A stretch of DNA of 63,694 nucleotides, the filler included, from Octopus bimaculoides (Eukaryota): the NCBI RefSeq assembly GCF_001194135.2. It is 4 parts of 4 records of this genome, joined end to end, with 100 filler letters (N's around TTAATTAATTAA, not from the genome) between each part and the next. Parts side by side here need not be neighbours in the genome. Positions count along the whole stretch, not along the records: positions 23,438 to 41,191 come from NC_068988.1; positions 41,292 to 63,694 come from NC_069000.1; 2 more parts are not named here. One strand, given 5' to 3'. The notes below the pieces were generated by a model. The model ran no database searches. It saw only the letters and a list, made by a program, of their open reading frames with translations, and had not been told where the DNA came from. This document shows positions 37,336-50,147 of this stretch, piece after piece (within the stretch, counting starts at the first letter, position 1; each line of letters opens with the position of its first letter). The translations under genes were made by a program, and so were the position numbers.

Positions 37336-38097
37336 GTTTATATATATTTACATATACTTATACAAATATATAAATATTTATATATACCTACATACATATG
37401 TATGTGTATATGTACGTACGTACGTACGTACGTATGTATGTATGTATGTATGTATGTATGTATGTATGTATGTATGTATGTATGTATGTATGTATGTATA
37501 TTATTATTGTTATCATTGAGTGAGAGAGCAGTGCATGCCATCCAAGTGACACTGGGGTAAAATATACGAAGCCCATTATACTCATCATGACTACCCGTCT
37601 GATAGGGGTACACCAGGCACAACCATATGTGCGCGACATGGTGATCTCATATCAAGATATTATTGTTATTATTATTATTATTATTATTATTAGTGGTGAC
37701 TGTTTACTTCGACGTTTAACCACTACTGGCTTCTCAAAACAGTGTTTACTAGCATCTAGATTTCCTTATATATAGTAATAATTGGCATAGAAGTGTAGGG
37801 GATAGAAGCTGTAACACAAACAAAGGGAAAGAGGGGGTGGGGGTGGATAATTTTGTTTGAAAATTGTAAAAAACAGAAAATACAAATAAAGGTGAGGAAA
37901 TATTTAATCTACTTAGCAATCTTGGTAATATTCTATTTTATTGGCTGTTGAGGTGAAGGTCTTTGATAGAGATATACCTGAACAAAGTATTCCGCGCTTG
38001 ACTGACTTTGTTTTGAGAAAAGAAAAAAATGATGAGTGTACATAAATATCGAAAAGCCGTACGCTGATCTAAAGAATTCGTAGATATGTCCTAGATA

Positions 38098-38480
38098 TAT
38101 CTTTTATCTTTTATCGTTTCAGTCATTTGACTGCGTTCATGCTGGGGCGCCACCTTGAAGGGCTTTAGTCGACTGAATCGTCCCCAGTACTTGCCTTTTT
38201 CGAGCCTGGTACTTATTATCCTATCGGTCTCTTTTTGCAAACGCGCACCAACACCGATTGTCAGGCGGTGGTGGAAAACAAACATAGACACAAAGACCCT
38301 CCCCCCCCAACACAAAACACGTAACGGGTTTCTTGCAGTTTCCGTCTACCAAGTTCACCTATGAGGATTTGGTCGGCCCGAGGCTATAATGGAAGACACT
38401 TGCTCAAGCTGCCATGCGGTGAGGCTGAACCCGGAACTATGTGGTTGAGAAGCAGGCTTCTTACCACACAACCACATCTA
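38098..38480 (-). mobile_element. SINE family A, near full length
   Basis: Tail and head motifs as in 3133-3525. Confidence 0.88.
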
Positions 38481-38716
38481 CTTATAACTTACTGCTATAT
38501 GAATACTATTGTTTAAAGTGTGTATGTATGTATGTATATACATACCGACATACAGGTGGATGTCGGTATGCACATACCTGTACGTATATATGCATATACT
38601 CATTTACTATTTGTTTTTACATGACTGAACGCAGCGTCTCCAATTGTAAGTAGTTTTCGTAACTTCATATTTTCCGACGCTACTCTATCTCTTTCTCTTT
38701 CTGTTCCTCTATCATT

Positions 38717-38813
38717 TTCCCCCTCTCGTTCTTCCTCTTTACTACTACGTATCTCGCTTTACCCCTCTCGTTCTTCCTCTGTTACTACTACGTATCTCTT
38801 TTCCCCCCCTCGT
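38717..38813. repeat. Minisatellite with a unit of about 42-44 bp, running into a gap
   Basis: CCCCTCTCGTTCTTCCTCT(G)TTACTACTACGTATCTC, two copies plus part of a third. Confidence 0.8.
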
Positions 38814-40006
38814 NNNNNNNNNNNNNNNNNNNNNNNNNNNNNNNNNNNNNNNNNNNNNNNNNNNNNNNNNNNNNNNNNNNNNNNNNNNNNNNNNNNNNNN
38901 NNNNNNNNNNNNNNNNNNNNNNNNNNNNNNNNNNNNNNNNNNNNNNNNNNNNNNNNNNNNNNNNNNNNNNNNNNNNNNNNNNNNNNNNNNNNNNNNNNNN
39001 NNNNNNNNNNNNNNNNNNNNNNNNNNNNNNNNNNNNNNNNNNNNNNNNNNNNNNNNNNNNNNNNNNNNNNNNNNNNNNNNNNNNNNNNNNNNNNNNNNNN
39101 NNNNNNNNNNNNNNNNNNNNNNNNNNNNNNNNNNNNNNNNNNNNNNNNNNNNNNNNNNNNNNNNNNNNNNNNNNNNNNNNNNNNNNNNNNNNNNNNNNNN
39201 NNNNNNNNNNNNNNNNNNNNNNNNNNNNNNNNNNNNNNNNNNNNNNNNNNNNNNNNNNNNNNNNNNNNNNNNNNNNNNNNNNNNNNNNNNNNNNNNNNNN
39301 NNNNNNNNNNNNNNNNNNNNNNNNNNNNNNNNNNNNNNNNNNNNNNNNNNNNNNNNNNNNNNNNNNNNNNNNNNNNNNNNNNNNNNNNNNNNNNNNNNNN
39401 NNNNNNNNNNNNNNNNNNNNNNNNNNNNNNNNNNNNNNNNNNNNNCGACATACAGGTGGATGTCGGTATGCACATACCTGTACGTATATATGCATATACT
39501 CCTTTACTATTTGTTTATATATATATATATACATACACATACAATTTAAACAATTGTATATATATATGTAAACAATACATGTAAGTATATGTAATATATA
39601 TATGTATACAGTGGCAGACTGGGTCTAAAAATATTGGTTGCCAGGAGACTAAACGAGCCCACCCGCAACTGCAATGCTATCATTTAATTCTTATTGTTTT
39701 TTTAAAAGCATTCTTTTCAATTGTCTATAAACACAGCAAGGCTGAAATAAATGCATTCTTCCAGGTGTGAATTAAAAAATTCTCAAACTTGAGGGGATAG
39801 GCTCCTTAGATGCTAACATGGGCCTCCATATATGGATTCTAATGGCGCATGGGGTCCACTTGCATCGCAACCATATGCTCGCGACATGGTGATCTTACAT
39901 CAGGATGTAAGAAATGTACTAGGATTTTACTGAATACAGACTTACAACACTCGTTGTCAAGCGGTTGTCAAACACTCACACACACACACACACACACACA
40001 CGCACG

Positions 40007-40031
<25 letters not shown>

Positions 40032-40041
<10 letters not shown>

Positions 40042-40245
40042 NNNNNNNNNNTGCTTAGCCGTATTTCGTCTGCCGCTACGTTCTGAGTTCAAATTCCGCC
40101 GAGGTCGACTTTGCCTTTCATCCTTTCGGGGTTGATTAAATAAGTACCAGTTACGCACTGGGGTCGATATAATCGACTTAATCCGTGTTTGTCTGTCCTT
40201 GTTTGTCCCCTCTGTGTGTAGTCCCTTGTGGGTAGTAAAGAAATA
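40032..40245 (+). mobile_element. SINE family B
   Basis: GTATTTCGTCTGCCGCTACGTTCTGAGTTCAAATTCCGCCGAGGTCGACTTTGCC. Confidence 0.9.
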
Positions 40246-41048
40246 ACACACACACACACACACGTGTATGTGTATGAAGGCGATGCTTCAGCATGGCCTT
40301 AGACTTATGGCGGAAACGAATTTTGTCAGCGGCTGATATGATTTTTTTTTCCAGATTCCATTTTCTAAAACTGTCTATCAGACATCAGCACTTAGCAGCT
40401 GCGTAACATTTCTCTGACGCTTCCTCATCTAAATAACTTTTCTCTCATTCATTCTGATTCTGTGTCTCTTAGATATTTTGACAATGATACAAAGGTATCA
40501 AACTTTATTTCCCTGACACACCAGTTGTGTGTTGCTTGACTTCCTGACCCTTTAGCAACGTCTGTCTCTTCCCTTATCCTGCCTACTTCACACAAAACTA
40601 TTAATATTGTCTGTTGTTGACAACTAAGGAGTTCCAAGTGTGTTATATCATAAGCTGTCTGTATTAAAAAGCCAGATCTATTAATACACAACTAATAAAG
40701 AATTAGTTACAAGCTATTAAAGAATTTTAATAGCTTGTACTACTTTCTTTTATGAAGAAACCGGAAATATGTTATGTCAGGAGATGGCAATAGTAATTTT
40801 CTGGTATCATATTTAGTTTCCATTACAATCTCTAACCGTTTTAAAGATATGTATATATATATATATATAGATATGCAGGGCAGGGAATCGTCAATTAGTA
40901 ATAAAATTAATAATTAACAATTTTGCCGGGTAGCTCAGTATGAAAAAACCTTTTCGGTAAAAAACATTTATAATCATAAATATATAGGGATTGACAGTAA
41001 CCTGTTTCTCCAACATACTGAGAATTCAGAAATAGCAGTCAAAGAACT

Positions 41049-41191
41049 ACTGATTTCAAAACTACAAATTATTACTCCAGATTGATAGCGATATTTTTGA
41101 TACACACAGAACAAAAAACAGTAGAGAAGAGTGTGTGTATCAAAAATATTGCTATCAATCTGGAGTAATAATTTGTAGTTTTGAAATCAGT
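41049..41191. repeat. Near-perfect fold-back with arms of at least 60 nt and a 23-nt loop, at the end of a family X copy (40870-41191)
   Basis: ACTGATTTCAAAACTACAAATTATTACTCCAGATTGATAGCGATATTTTTGATACACACA is reverse-complemented at 41132-41191 with one G-T pair. Confidence 0.93.
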
Positions 41192-41291
41192 NNNNNNNNN
41201 NNNNNNNNNNNNNNNNNNNNNNNNNNNNNNNNNNNTTAATTAATTAANNNNNNNNNNNNNNNNNNNNNNNNNNNNNNNNNNNNNNNNNNNN

Positions 41292-41336
<45 letters not shown>

Positions 41337-41823
41337 GTGATGATGATGAGTTTGAAAGCAATAGAATGATTACAGGCGATGTAAGCGGTTTGGAACGTCA
41401 ATTTCCTGTTGTCGTGTCTGGGAGTGAGGAACTTTTCTTGGAAATTCCCATGGGAGAAATTTAGTCGTGTGTCGGCAGGTTGACATTAGCTCGTTCTTTT
41501 TATTTAACACTGGGGGTACAGTGGCACATGGCGTACAGACATATGTGTGCATGTGTGTGTGGGTGGTGATGGAGGATGCTTCTGTTTTGTACATCGTGTC
41601 GCAGGGATCAACAGAAACGTGAAACTCTGTGTGATAAGGGACGGAAAATTCAGGTTCGGATAAATGAATGTCTATATACGTTTAGTGCTGACGATCGGAA
41701 GAAAGAGTACTCGGTACCATAGTAGAGTATTATTAATAGTTTTATTTTAGCCGAGTCACTCTGAGTTTTGCTTGCATGTGCAAAGGGTTTTCATACGAGT
41801 TACAACTGAAGTGATGGAAATTA

Positions 41824-41888
<65 letters not shown>

Positions 41889-42687
41889 NNNNNNNNNNNN
41901 NNNNNNNNNNNNNNNNNNNNNNNNNNNNNNNNNNNNNNNNNNNNNNNNNNNNNNNNNNNNNNNNNNNNNNNNNNNNNNNNNNNNNNNNNNNNNNNNNNNN
42001 NNNNNNNNNNNNNNNNNNNNNNNNNNNNNNNNNNNNNNNNNNNNNNNNNNNNNNNNNNNNNNNNNNNNNNNNNNNNNNNNNNNNNNNNNNNNNNNNNNNN
42101 NNNNNNNNNNNNNNNNNNNNNNNNNNNNNNNNNNNNNNNNNNNNNNNNNNNNNNNNNNNNNNNNNNNNNNNNNNNNNNNNNNNNNNNNNNNNNNNNNNNN
42201 NNNNNNNNNNNNNNNNNNNNNNNNNNNNNNNNNNNNNNNNNNNNNNNNNNNNNNNNNNNNNNNNNNNNNNNNNNNNNNNNNNNNNNNNNNNNNNNNNNNN
42301 NNNNNNNNNNNNNNNNNNNNNNNNNNNNNNNNNNNNNNNNNNNNNNNNNNNNNNNNNNNNNNNNNNNNNNNNNNNNNNNNNNNNNNNNNNNNNNNNNNNN
42401 NNNNNNNNNNNNNNNNNNNNNNNNNNNNNNNNNNNNNNNNNNNNNNNNNNNNNNNNNNNNNNNNNNNNNNNNNNNNNNNNNNNNNNNNNNNNNNNNNNNN
42501 NNNNNNNNNNNNNNNNNNNNNNNNNNNNNNNNNNNNNNNTGTGTGTGTGTGTGTGTGTATAATATATGTTTTTCACTTCAAATTTATTATTATTCTTATT
42601 TTATATCCTTTGTTTGGAAATCACACATGTCAGTGTGTGAGGTTGAAGAAAGAGGGAATTAGTGGGAGAGATTAGCATGGATTAGAT

Positions 42688-42985
42688 CAGTGCTTCTCAA
42701 ACTGGTACCGGTAGTTTTTTTTTTTTTTAACCAGTGTGCCAGGGACCGGTAATATTTCTTAGTAATATTAATTTATATTGGAAACAATATGTATAATGAA
42801 TGTAATAAAAGTTGGTAATTTTTTAATCTTATATTTATTTTGTAAACAAATAATATAATATTACACAAGCATTTTATAAACATTTTATAATTTTTTTCTT
42901 TTCTGGAAACTCGCCGCGCACCGGCATCTGATGGCTCGCGCACCGGCATCTGATGGCTCGCGGACCACCGCTTTGAGTAGCACTG
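42688..42985. mobile_element. Non-autonomous hAT (Charlie/Buster-like) MITE with intact TSD
   Basis: TIRs CAGTGCTTCTCAAA / TTTGAGTAGCACTG (13 of 14 match). Perfect 8-bp TSD GATTAGAT at 42680-42687 and 42986-42993. Internal 22-bp tandem CGCGCACCGGCATCTGATGGCT. Confidence 0.93.
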
Positions 42986-44069
42986 GATTAGATGATACTG
43001 AACTATTGTATCATTCGTTCGGAACCTCAGTCGACTCCACCCCATCAGCAGGTTTAAAAGTAAAGGCATTAACTTAAGCAGGGTAGATCATTAGTCGTCT
43101 CTCATACAAATACGGTGGAAGAGTATTTAAAATTCGTCCGAAAGAGCTCGAGCATTTGTCGACAAATGAAAATAAGTTCCATCTGGGATATTCCTCTCAG
43201 AAGGCATTGGTCAACCAATTAAAAAAAACACGTGTCCAAAACGCCGTATATAGAGATCGAACGCTAGAATACATGGTTGATAAACAAATGTCTTAACCAC
43301 ATGACTACGCCAGATTATAAAGTCATTTAGATAGTTATTTCACTATTAACTGTGGGAAATCATTTTCCTTCACCGAGCTGTAAAGGAGCCATTAACCATT
43401 ATCCATCCATCCATCCATATATACATACATGCTTACGTACGTATATATAAGCACACACGCTCGTATATTTATATATTTATTCTTTTCCTCTTCGTTTTCT
43501 TTTCCTTCATTCTTTTTTTTTTCCTCTTATGTCTTATATTTTACTTATATTATAAATATTATCATTTTTAAATATTGTTATATTACGCACTGAGACACAT
43601 CAGCACACACCCACACGCACACTCCCACACACACGCACACATACATAATCGCACTCGTATACATGCGTGTGTAGCATACGTAGTGTATGCATGTATGTCA
43701 TTTATAAACCATATACGCACATATACATGTGTGGGTATGGATGTGTATTTGTGTGTGTGTGTCTATGTGTGTGTACATATATGTCGTATATAAACACGTA
43801 TATTATCACACACTCTTCAAATCACCTTCATAATATTTTGATGTATTTAGCAGCAGATGAATGTTCCAATCTGGTTTCTCTCTTTCCACCCCCACCCCTC
43901 ACACATTACCTACCTCTTTCTTTCTCTCTCTCCTTGTCTCTCTATTTACTTGTCTCTCTCTCCTTGTCTCTCTCTTTCTCTCTGTATCACACACACACAC
44001 TCTCTCTCTCTCATGCTTTTCTATTCATTATGTCTGTAACGTGACTGTCTGTAGGGAGATATATTCGTG

Positions 44070-44109
<40 letters not shown>

Positions 44110-44114
44110 TGAGT

Positions 44115-44145
<31 letters not shown>

Positions 44146-45044
44146 CGTACGTGCGTGCGACAGACAAACGGACAGACATAGCAAATAATTATTNNNNNNN
44201 NNNNNNNNNNNNNNNNNNNNNNNNNNNNNNNNNNNNNNNNNNNNNNNNNNNNNNNNNNNNNNNNNNNNNNNNNNNNNNNNNNNNNNNNNNNNNNNNNNNN
44301 NNNNNNNNNNNNNNNNNNNNNNNNNNNNNNNNNNNNNNNNNNNNNNNNNNNNNNNNNNNNNNNNNNNNNNNNNNNNNNNNNNNNNNNNNNNNNNNNNNNN
44401 NNNNNNNNNNNNNNNNNNNNNNNNNNNNNNNNNNNNNNNNNNNNNNNNNNNNNNNNNNNNNNNNNNNNNNNNNNNNNNNNNNNNNNNNNNNNNNNNNNNN
44501 NNNNNNNNNNNNNNNNNNNNNNNNNNNNNNNNNNNNNNNNNNNNNNNNNNNNNNNNNNNNNNNNNNNNNNNNNNNNNNNNNNNNNNNNNNNNNNNNNNNN
44601 NNNNNNNNNNNNNNNNNNNNNNNNNNNNNNNNNNNNNNNNNNNNNNNNNNNNNNNNNNNNNNNNNNNNNNNNNNNNNNNNNNNNNNNNNNNNNNNNNNNN
44701 NNNNNNNNNNNNNNNNNNNNNNNNNNNNNNNNNNNNNNNNNNNNNNNNNNNNNNNNNNNNNNNNNNNNNNNNNNNNNNNNNNNNNNNNNNNNNNNNNNNN
44801 NNNNNNNNNNNNNNNNNNNNNNNNNNNNNNNNNNNNNNNNNNNNNNNNNNNNNNNNNNNNNNNNNNNNNNNNNNNNNNNNNNNNNNNNNNNNNNNNNNNN
44901 NNNNNNNNNNNNNNNNNNNNNNNNNNNNNNNNNNNNNNNNNNNNNNNNNNNNNNNNNNNNNNNNNGTATAACTTGAGTTGAAGAAAACTTATGTGGAAAA
45001 GAGACAGGTATTTCAAAACTAAGTGGTCATCACATTTTTTTTTT

Positions 45045-45225
45045 TTTTTACGACCGGGTTCCAACCGGAGCCGCAGCAACAGAATTCACCCGCCACAGTT
45101 CTTGATCCAATATCACTGCTTCGGGGTCCTGGATACTTTCCAGGACAGTGTCTGCGACCAAGTTTTCAATGTGATTCTGTTTTCCACTTCTTACATCACC
45201 ATGAAACGCTACCATCGGAAAAGCT
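45045..45225 (-). mobile_element. Possible RTE-type LINE C-terminal remnant
   Basis: Minus frame HGDVRSGKQNHIENLVADT..VILDQELWRV..TRS* resembles RTE C-termini (DR..WR motif). Confidence 0.4.
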
Positions 45226-45322
45226 ATATGTATGTATGTATGTATGTATGTAATACAAATGATATATGAGCATATGTATGTATACATACATATATGTACA
45301 TACTTACATATGTATGTATGTA

Positions 45323-45504
45323 ATACAGGGATTAGCAATTGAGTTGCTTCTCCAACATACTGAAAATTTAGAAATAGCAGTCAAAGAACTACTGATTCCA
45401 AACTACAAATTTTCTCTAAAGTAGTTTGGAATCAGTAGTTCTTTGACTGCTATTTCTAAATTTTCAGTATGTTGGAGAAGCAACTCAATTGCTAATCCCT
45501 GTAT
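45323..45504. repeat. Perfect 84-bp inverted repeat with a 14-nt loop, at the end of a family X copy (45323-45615)
   Basis: 45323-45406 is the exact reverse complement of 45421-45504. Confidence 0.97.
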
Positions 45505-45806
45505 ATTTATAATGATAAATAGTCTTACCGATAAAGGTTTTTTTCATACTGAACTACTTGGCAAAATTGTTAATTATTAATTCTATTATTAATTGACGAT
45601 TCTCTGCCCTTATTCTTGTATATTTTATGTATGTATGTATATAGAGGTCGATCTTTCGCCTAAACCCTGCAAGGCGGTACCCGAGCATGACTGCAGTCCA
45701 TATACTGAAATAAGTCAAAGATAAAAGAAAGATATATATATATATACATATATATATATATGTATGTATATGTATATGTATATCGAATGCCCCCACACGT
45801 ACTTAC

Positions 45807-45896
45807 GTAGCCGTAGATTCCCTCTTCGTACATTTTATCTCAGAAGAGATCAGGGAGTAATGCGTGAGTGGTAGTGGTGGTGATGATGGTGGTGGC
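45807..45896 (-). other. Candidate 90-nt exon (open frame PPPSSPPLPLTHYSLISSEIKCTKRESTA, or start MYEEGIYGY)
   Basis: Acceptor ttctccctctctacag|G and donor TAC|gtaagt; length is divisible by 3. Confidence 0.33.
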
Positions 45897-46991
45897 CTGT
45901 AGAGAGGGAGAACGTTAGAAAAGGGGACACAGTTGCAGAAAGTGGGTTGTTAGTGATGCCTGTACACCTATTTTATCACCCTTTTTTCTCCCCCACCCTC
46001 ACCTCTTTGTCTCTTTTCTTTCCATTAAGGTCCTCCCTCTTCAAGCCACCGGCTTCTCATCCATATATTTCACTCTATAGAACTGTCAAGTCTTATCAGT
46101 ACACTCCACCTTACTCCGGTACTCCCCCAACCCGGGAAGGCCTCCACCTCCACCACTGCCTGTCACCACCACCACCACCGGCCATCATCACTGCCACCAC
46201 CACCACCACTACGGTCTTTGTCACCACCACCACCACCACCATTACCAACACCATCATCAACATCATCATCGCCATGGTCATCAGCAGCATCACCAAACAC
46301 CATGAAAAACACGACTATCACCAATACCACAACACCATCATCACTACCACCACCAACAACAACAACATCATCACCACCATATACCATCACCATCAGCAAC
46401 ACCACAAGCACTGTTATGACAACTACCACCGCCACCAACATTATCACCATTCCCACCACCACCTCCGCCACAACCACCACCACCATAACGAACACCACTT
46501 CCAACACTATCAATATATCACCAAGANNNNNNNNNNNNNNNNNNNNNNNNNNNNNNNNNNNNNNNNNNNNNNNNNNNNNNNNNNNNNNNNNNNNNNNNNN
46601 NNNNNNNNNNNNNNNNNNNNNNNNNNNNNNNNNNNNNNNNNNNNNNNNNNNNNNNNNNNNNNNNNNNNNNNNNNNNNNNNNNNNNNNNNNNNNNNNNNNN
46701 NNNNNNNNNNNNNNNNNNNNNNNNNNNNNNNNNNNNNNNNNNNNNNNNNNNNNNNNNNNNNNNNNNNNNNNNNNNNNNNNNNNNNNNNNNNNNNNNNNNN
46801 NNNNNNNNNNNNNNNNNNNNNNNNNNNNNNNNNNNNNNNNNNNNNNNNNNNNNNNNNNNNNNNNNNNNNNNNNNNNNNNNNNNNNNNNNNNNNNNNNNNN
46901 NNNNNNNNNNNNNNNNNNNNNNNNNNTATCCTGTCAGGATAGGCCTGGGGCTAAATAGCAGTAGCACCACCACCACCACCACCACCACCTC

Positions 46992-47056
<65 letters not shown>

Positions 47057-47218
47057 TTCTCTTCATCATGAAAGAAGATAAGATAAACAAATAAACAAAA
47101 AATAAAGTTTATCACAGAGGAAAGAAAAGTGAAAGCGAGATTCGTCAGCGAAATGTTACATAAGAACAATAATAACGATGACGATAGCAATAACAACAAC
47201 AACAACAACGACAAGGGA

Positions 47219-47530
47219 TTGGCACTCCGTCGCTTACGACGGCGAGGGTTCCAGTTGATCCGATCAACGGAACAGCCTGCTCGTGAAATTAACGTGCAAG
47301 TGGCTGAGAACCCCACAGACACGCGTATCCATTAACGTAGTTCTCGGGGCGATTCAGCGTGACACGGAATGTGACAAGGCTGGCCCTTTGAAATACAGGT
47401 ACAACTCATTTTTGCCGACTGAGTAGACTGGGGCAACGTGAAATAAAGTGTCTTGCTCAAGGACACAACGTACCGCCGGGAATCGAACTCACGGTTTGAC
47501 GATCTTGAGCCGAATGCCATGACTACTGCA
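47219..47530 (-). mobile_element. SINE with family C tail and a different tRNA-like head
   Basis: TTGGCACTCCGTCGCTTACGACGGCGAGGGTTCCAGTTGATCCGATCAACGG; head CCGGGAATCGAACTC (reverse B box). Confidence 0.8.
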
Positions 47531-47959
47531 CAAAAATCAGGCGAGGGATGAGCACAAAGGATCCCAAACGCCTGATAGTTAAGTTCGTTTGGTGTATTTA
47601 TGTGATAGACTTTTATCTTGCGTTCTTTCCCTTTCTGCTTCTTTCAATCATTGTTTTTTTTCATTGTGTTTGAAATTAGTCCTACAAAAACATCTGCAGT
47701 TCCACGTTTAATAAACAAATACATTTCTCTTGAATAAGAATGCATTCAAGTTCTTAAACAATCACATCTATAAACTAGCAGTAAAAAAAAAAAAAGATTC
47801 CTATTGTCTTCTTGCTTCAATTTATCAAAACTTATTAGACAACAATAGTTTTCTGAAATACCCATTCAAATTTGTAAATGATTCACTTACTCACATAAAA
47901 AAATATACTAAGTTAAAACATCAATGTTCGATGGAAAACTTTACACAGCATTTTAATTT

Positions 47960-48185
47960 TTTTACCTTTTACTTGTTGCAGTCATTTGTCAGCGGCCATG
48001 CTGGGGCACCGCCTTCGAGTGGTTTTGGTCGAACGGATCGACCCCCAATACTTATTTTAATTGAAAACCTGGTACTTACTCTATCGGTGTCTTTTGCCGA
48101 GCCGCTAAGTTACGGGGACGTAAACACACCAGCACCGGTTGTCAAGCGGTAGTGGGAGACAAACAGATACAAACAGACACAACCA
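47960..48185 (-). mobile_element. SINE family A tail
   Basis: CTTTTACTTGTTGCAGTCATTTG..GCGGCCATGCTGGGGCACCGCC..GCCGCTAAGTTACGGGGACG. Confidence 0.85.
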
Positions 48186-48319
48186 CACACACGCATGCAC
48201 ACACACATAGACATATATTCCGGATGTGTTAGCAATAAGAGTGGAAAACTACATTAATACAGCCGATTTTCAGATTTTTTACTTCCTTTTAAAATATGCA
48301 GATTTTGTGAATCAGTTTA

Positions 48320-49065
48320 ACTAGATCCCAAATCTGCACACATACATACATACATACATACATACATACATACATACATACATACATACCCTATCGTTGA
48401 TTTNNNNNNNNNNNNNNNNNNNNNNNNNNNNNNNNNNNNNNNNNNNNNNNNNNNNNNNNNNNNNNNNNNNNNNNNNNNNNNNNNNNNNNNNNNNNNNNNN
48501 NNNNNNNNNNNNNNNNNNNNNNNNNNNNNNNNNNNNNNNNNNNNNNNNNNNNNNNNNNNNNNNNNNNNNNNNNNNNNNNNNNNNNNNNNNNNNNNNNNNN
48601 NNNNNNNNNNNNNNNNNNNNNNNNNNNNNNNNNNNNNNNNNNNNNNNNNNNNNNNNNNNNNNNNNNNNNNNNNNNNNNNNNNNNNNNNNNNNNNNNNNNN
48701 NNNNNNNNNNNNNNNNNNNNNNNNNNTCCCAAATCTGCACACATACATACATACATACATACATACATACATACATACATACATACATACCCTATCGTTG
48801 ATTTTGAAATTCCAATGAAGAAGCCTTGGATCTAAGCTAGAAACCGGCTCTTTCTCAATTGGCAAGAAATCTTGAAATAAACTGAATAATGACTAACATA
48901 CAAACGCACAAACATACATACATACAAACATACATACAAACACACACACATACATACATTCATATACTTACTTACATTCATACAAACATACATGCATACA
49001 CACACATACATACACACACACATACATGCATGCATGCATACATACATACATACATACATACATAC
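48320..49065 (+). mobile_element. Probable LINE 3' UTR ending in a (CATA)n tail
   Basis: AAATCTGCACA(CATA)n..GTTGATTTTGAAATTCCAATGAAGAAGCCTTGGATCTAAGCTAGAAACCGG..AAATAAACTGAATAATGA(CATA)n. Assignment to the R4/Dong-like family is from recall. Confidence 0.5.
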
Positions 49066-50107
49066 ATCACGAATGGAAGGCAATAATAAATTACTTATGA
49101 GTACAAAGTTTCAATCACACTTAACTAACCCTTCATGAGACTGGCTGAAAAACACACACACACACACTTACACATGTGCGCGCTCACACACACACACACA
49201 CATAGAAATATACGTACGCACTCTCACGCCCATACTTACGCACAGCTACACACCTACACAGACACGCAACACTAAATAAACCCCATTAAACCCTCTTGCT
49301 CTTGTTATATGAACTCAAAGGGACACTGCATCAATAAGCGGTCCTTCTAACGTGTCATGTATGAATAAAGGGAAGANNNNNNNNNNNNNNNNNNNNNNNN
49401 NNNNNNNNNNNNNNNNNNNNNNNNNNNNNNNNNNNNNNNNNNNNNNNNNNNNNNNNNNNNNNNNNNNNNNNNNNNNNNNNNNNNNNNNNNNNNNNNNNNN
49501 NNNNNNNNNNNNNNNNNNNNNNNNNNNNNNNNNNNNNNNNNNNNNNNNNNNNNNNNNNNNNNNNNNNNNNNNNNNNNNNNNNNNNNNNNNNNNNNNNNNN
49601 NNNNNNNNNNNNNNNNNNNNNNNNNNNNNNNNNNNNNNNNNNNNNNNNNNNNNNNNNNNNNNNNNNNNNNNNNNNNNNNNNNNNNNNNNNNNNNNNNNNN
49701 NNNNNNNNNNNNNNNNNNNNNNNNNNNNNNNNNNNNNNNNNNNNNNNNNNNNNNNNNNNNNNNNNNNNNNNNNNNNNNNNNNNNNNNNNNNNNNNNNNNN
49801 NNNNNNNNNNNNNNNNNNNNNNNNNNNNNNNNNNNNNNNNNNNNNNNNNNNNNNNNNNNNNNNNNNNNNNNNNNNNNNNNNNNNNNNNNNNNNNNNNNNN
49901 NNNNNNNNNNNNNNNNNNNNNNNNNNNNNNNNNNNNNNNNNNNNNNNNNNNNNNNNNNNNNNNNNTATAAGGTTTTTAAACTTTTAAATTTTCATATTCA
50001 AAAGAGACAGAGACTTCAAATTCGACCCTTAAGGAATCTAATTAATGATCTCCTAAGGTAAGTTCTTATGCTATATTGGTAACGGTTGCTACATCCTCTG
50101 GGAAAAT

Positions 50108-50140
<33 letters not shown>

Positions 50141-50147
<7 letters not shown>

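Noticed and set aside
27270-38813. Short repeats as CRISPR-like arrays
   Set aside because: They are head-to-tail tandem units without unique spacers, there are no cas genes, and the context is eukaryotic.
40449-40691. 80-aa minus ORF in unique sequence
   Set aside because: No convincing donor or recognisable motif; the length is compatible with chance.
45947-46958. His/Thr/Pro-rich ORFs
   Set aside because: They are translations of cryptic (ACC/ATC/CAC)n trinucleotide sequence next to a gap, with no domain recognised.
48320-48800. Duplicated sequence on both sides of gaps (also 56190-56343, 61740-61895, 38525-39520)
   Set aside because: Near-identical flanks separated by Ns are most simply unmerged contig overlaps or haplotypes.
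48810-48865. ATGAAGA-AGCCT..AAGCT-AGAAAC as a hammerhead
   Set aside because: The core C3/U4 geometry and NUH site are missing. It folds better as a generic three-way junction in a LINE 3' UTR.
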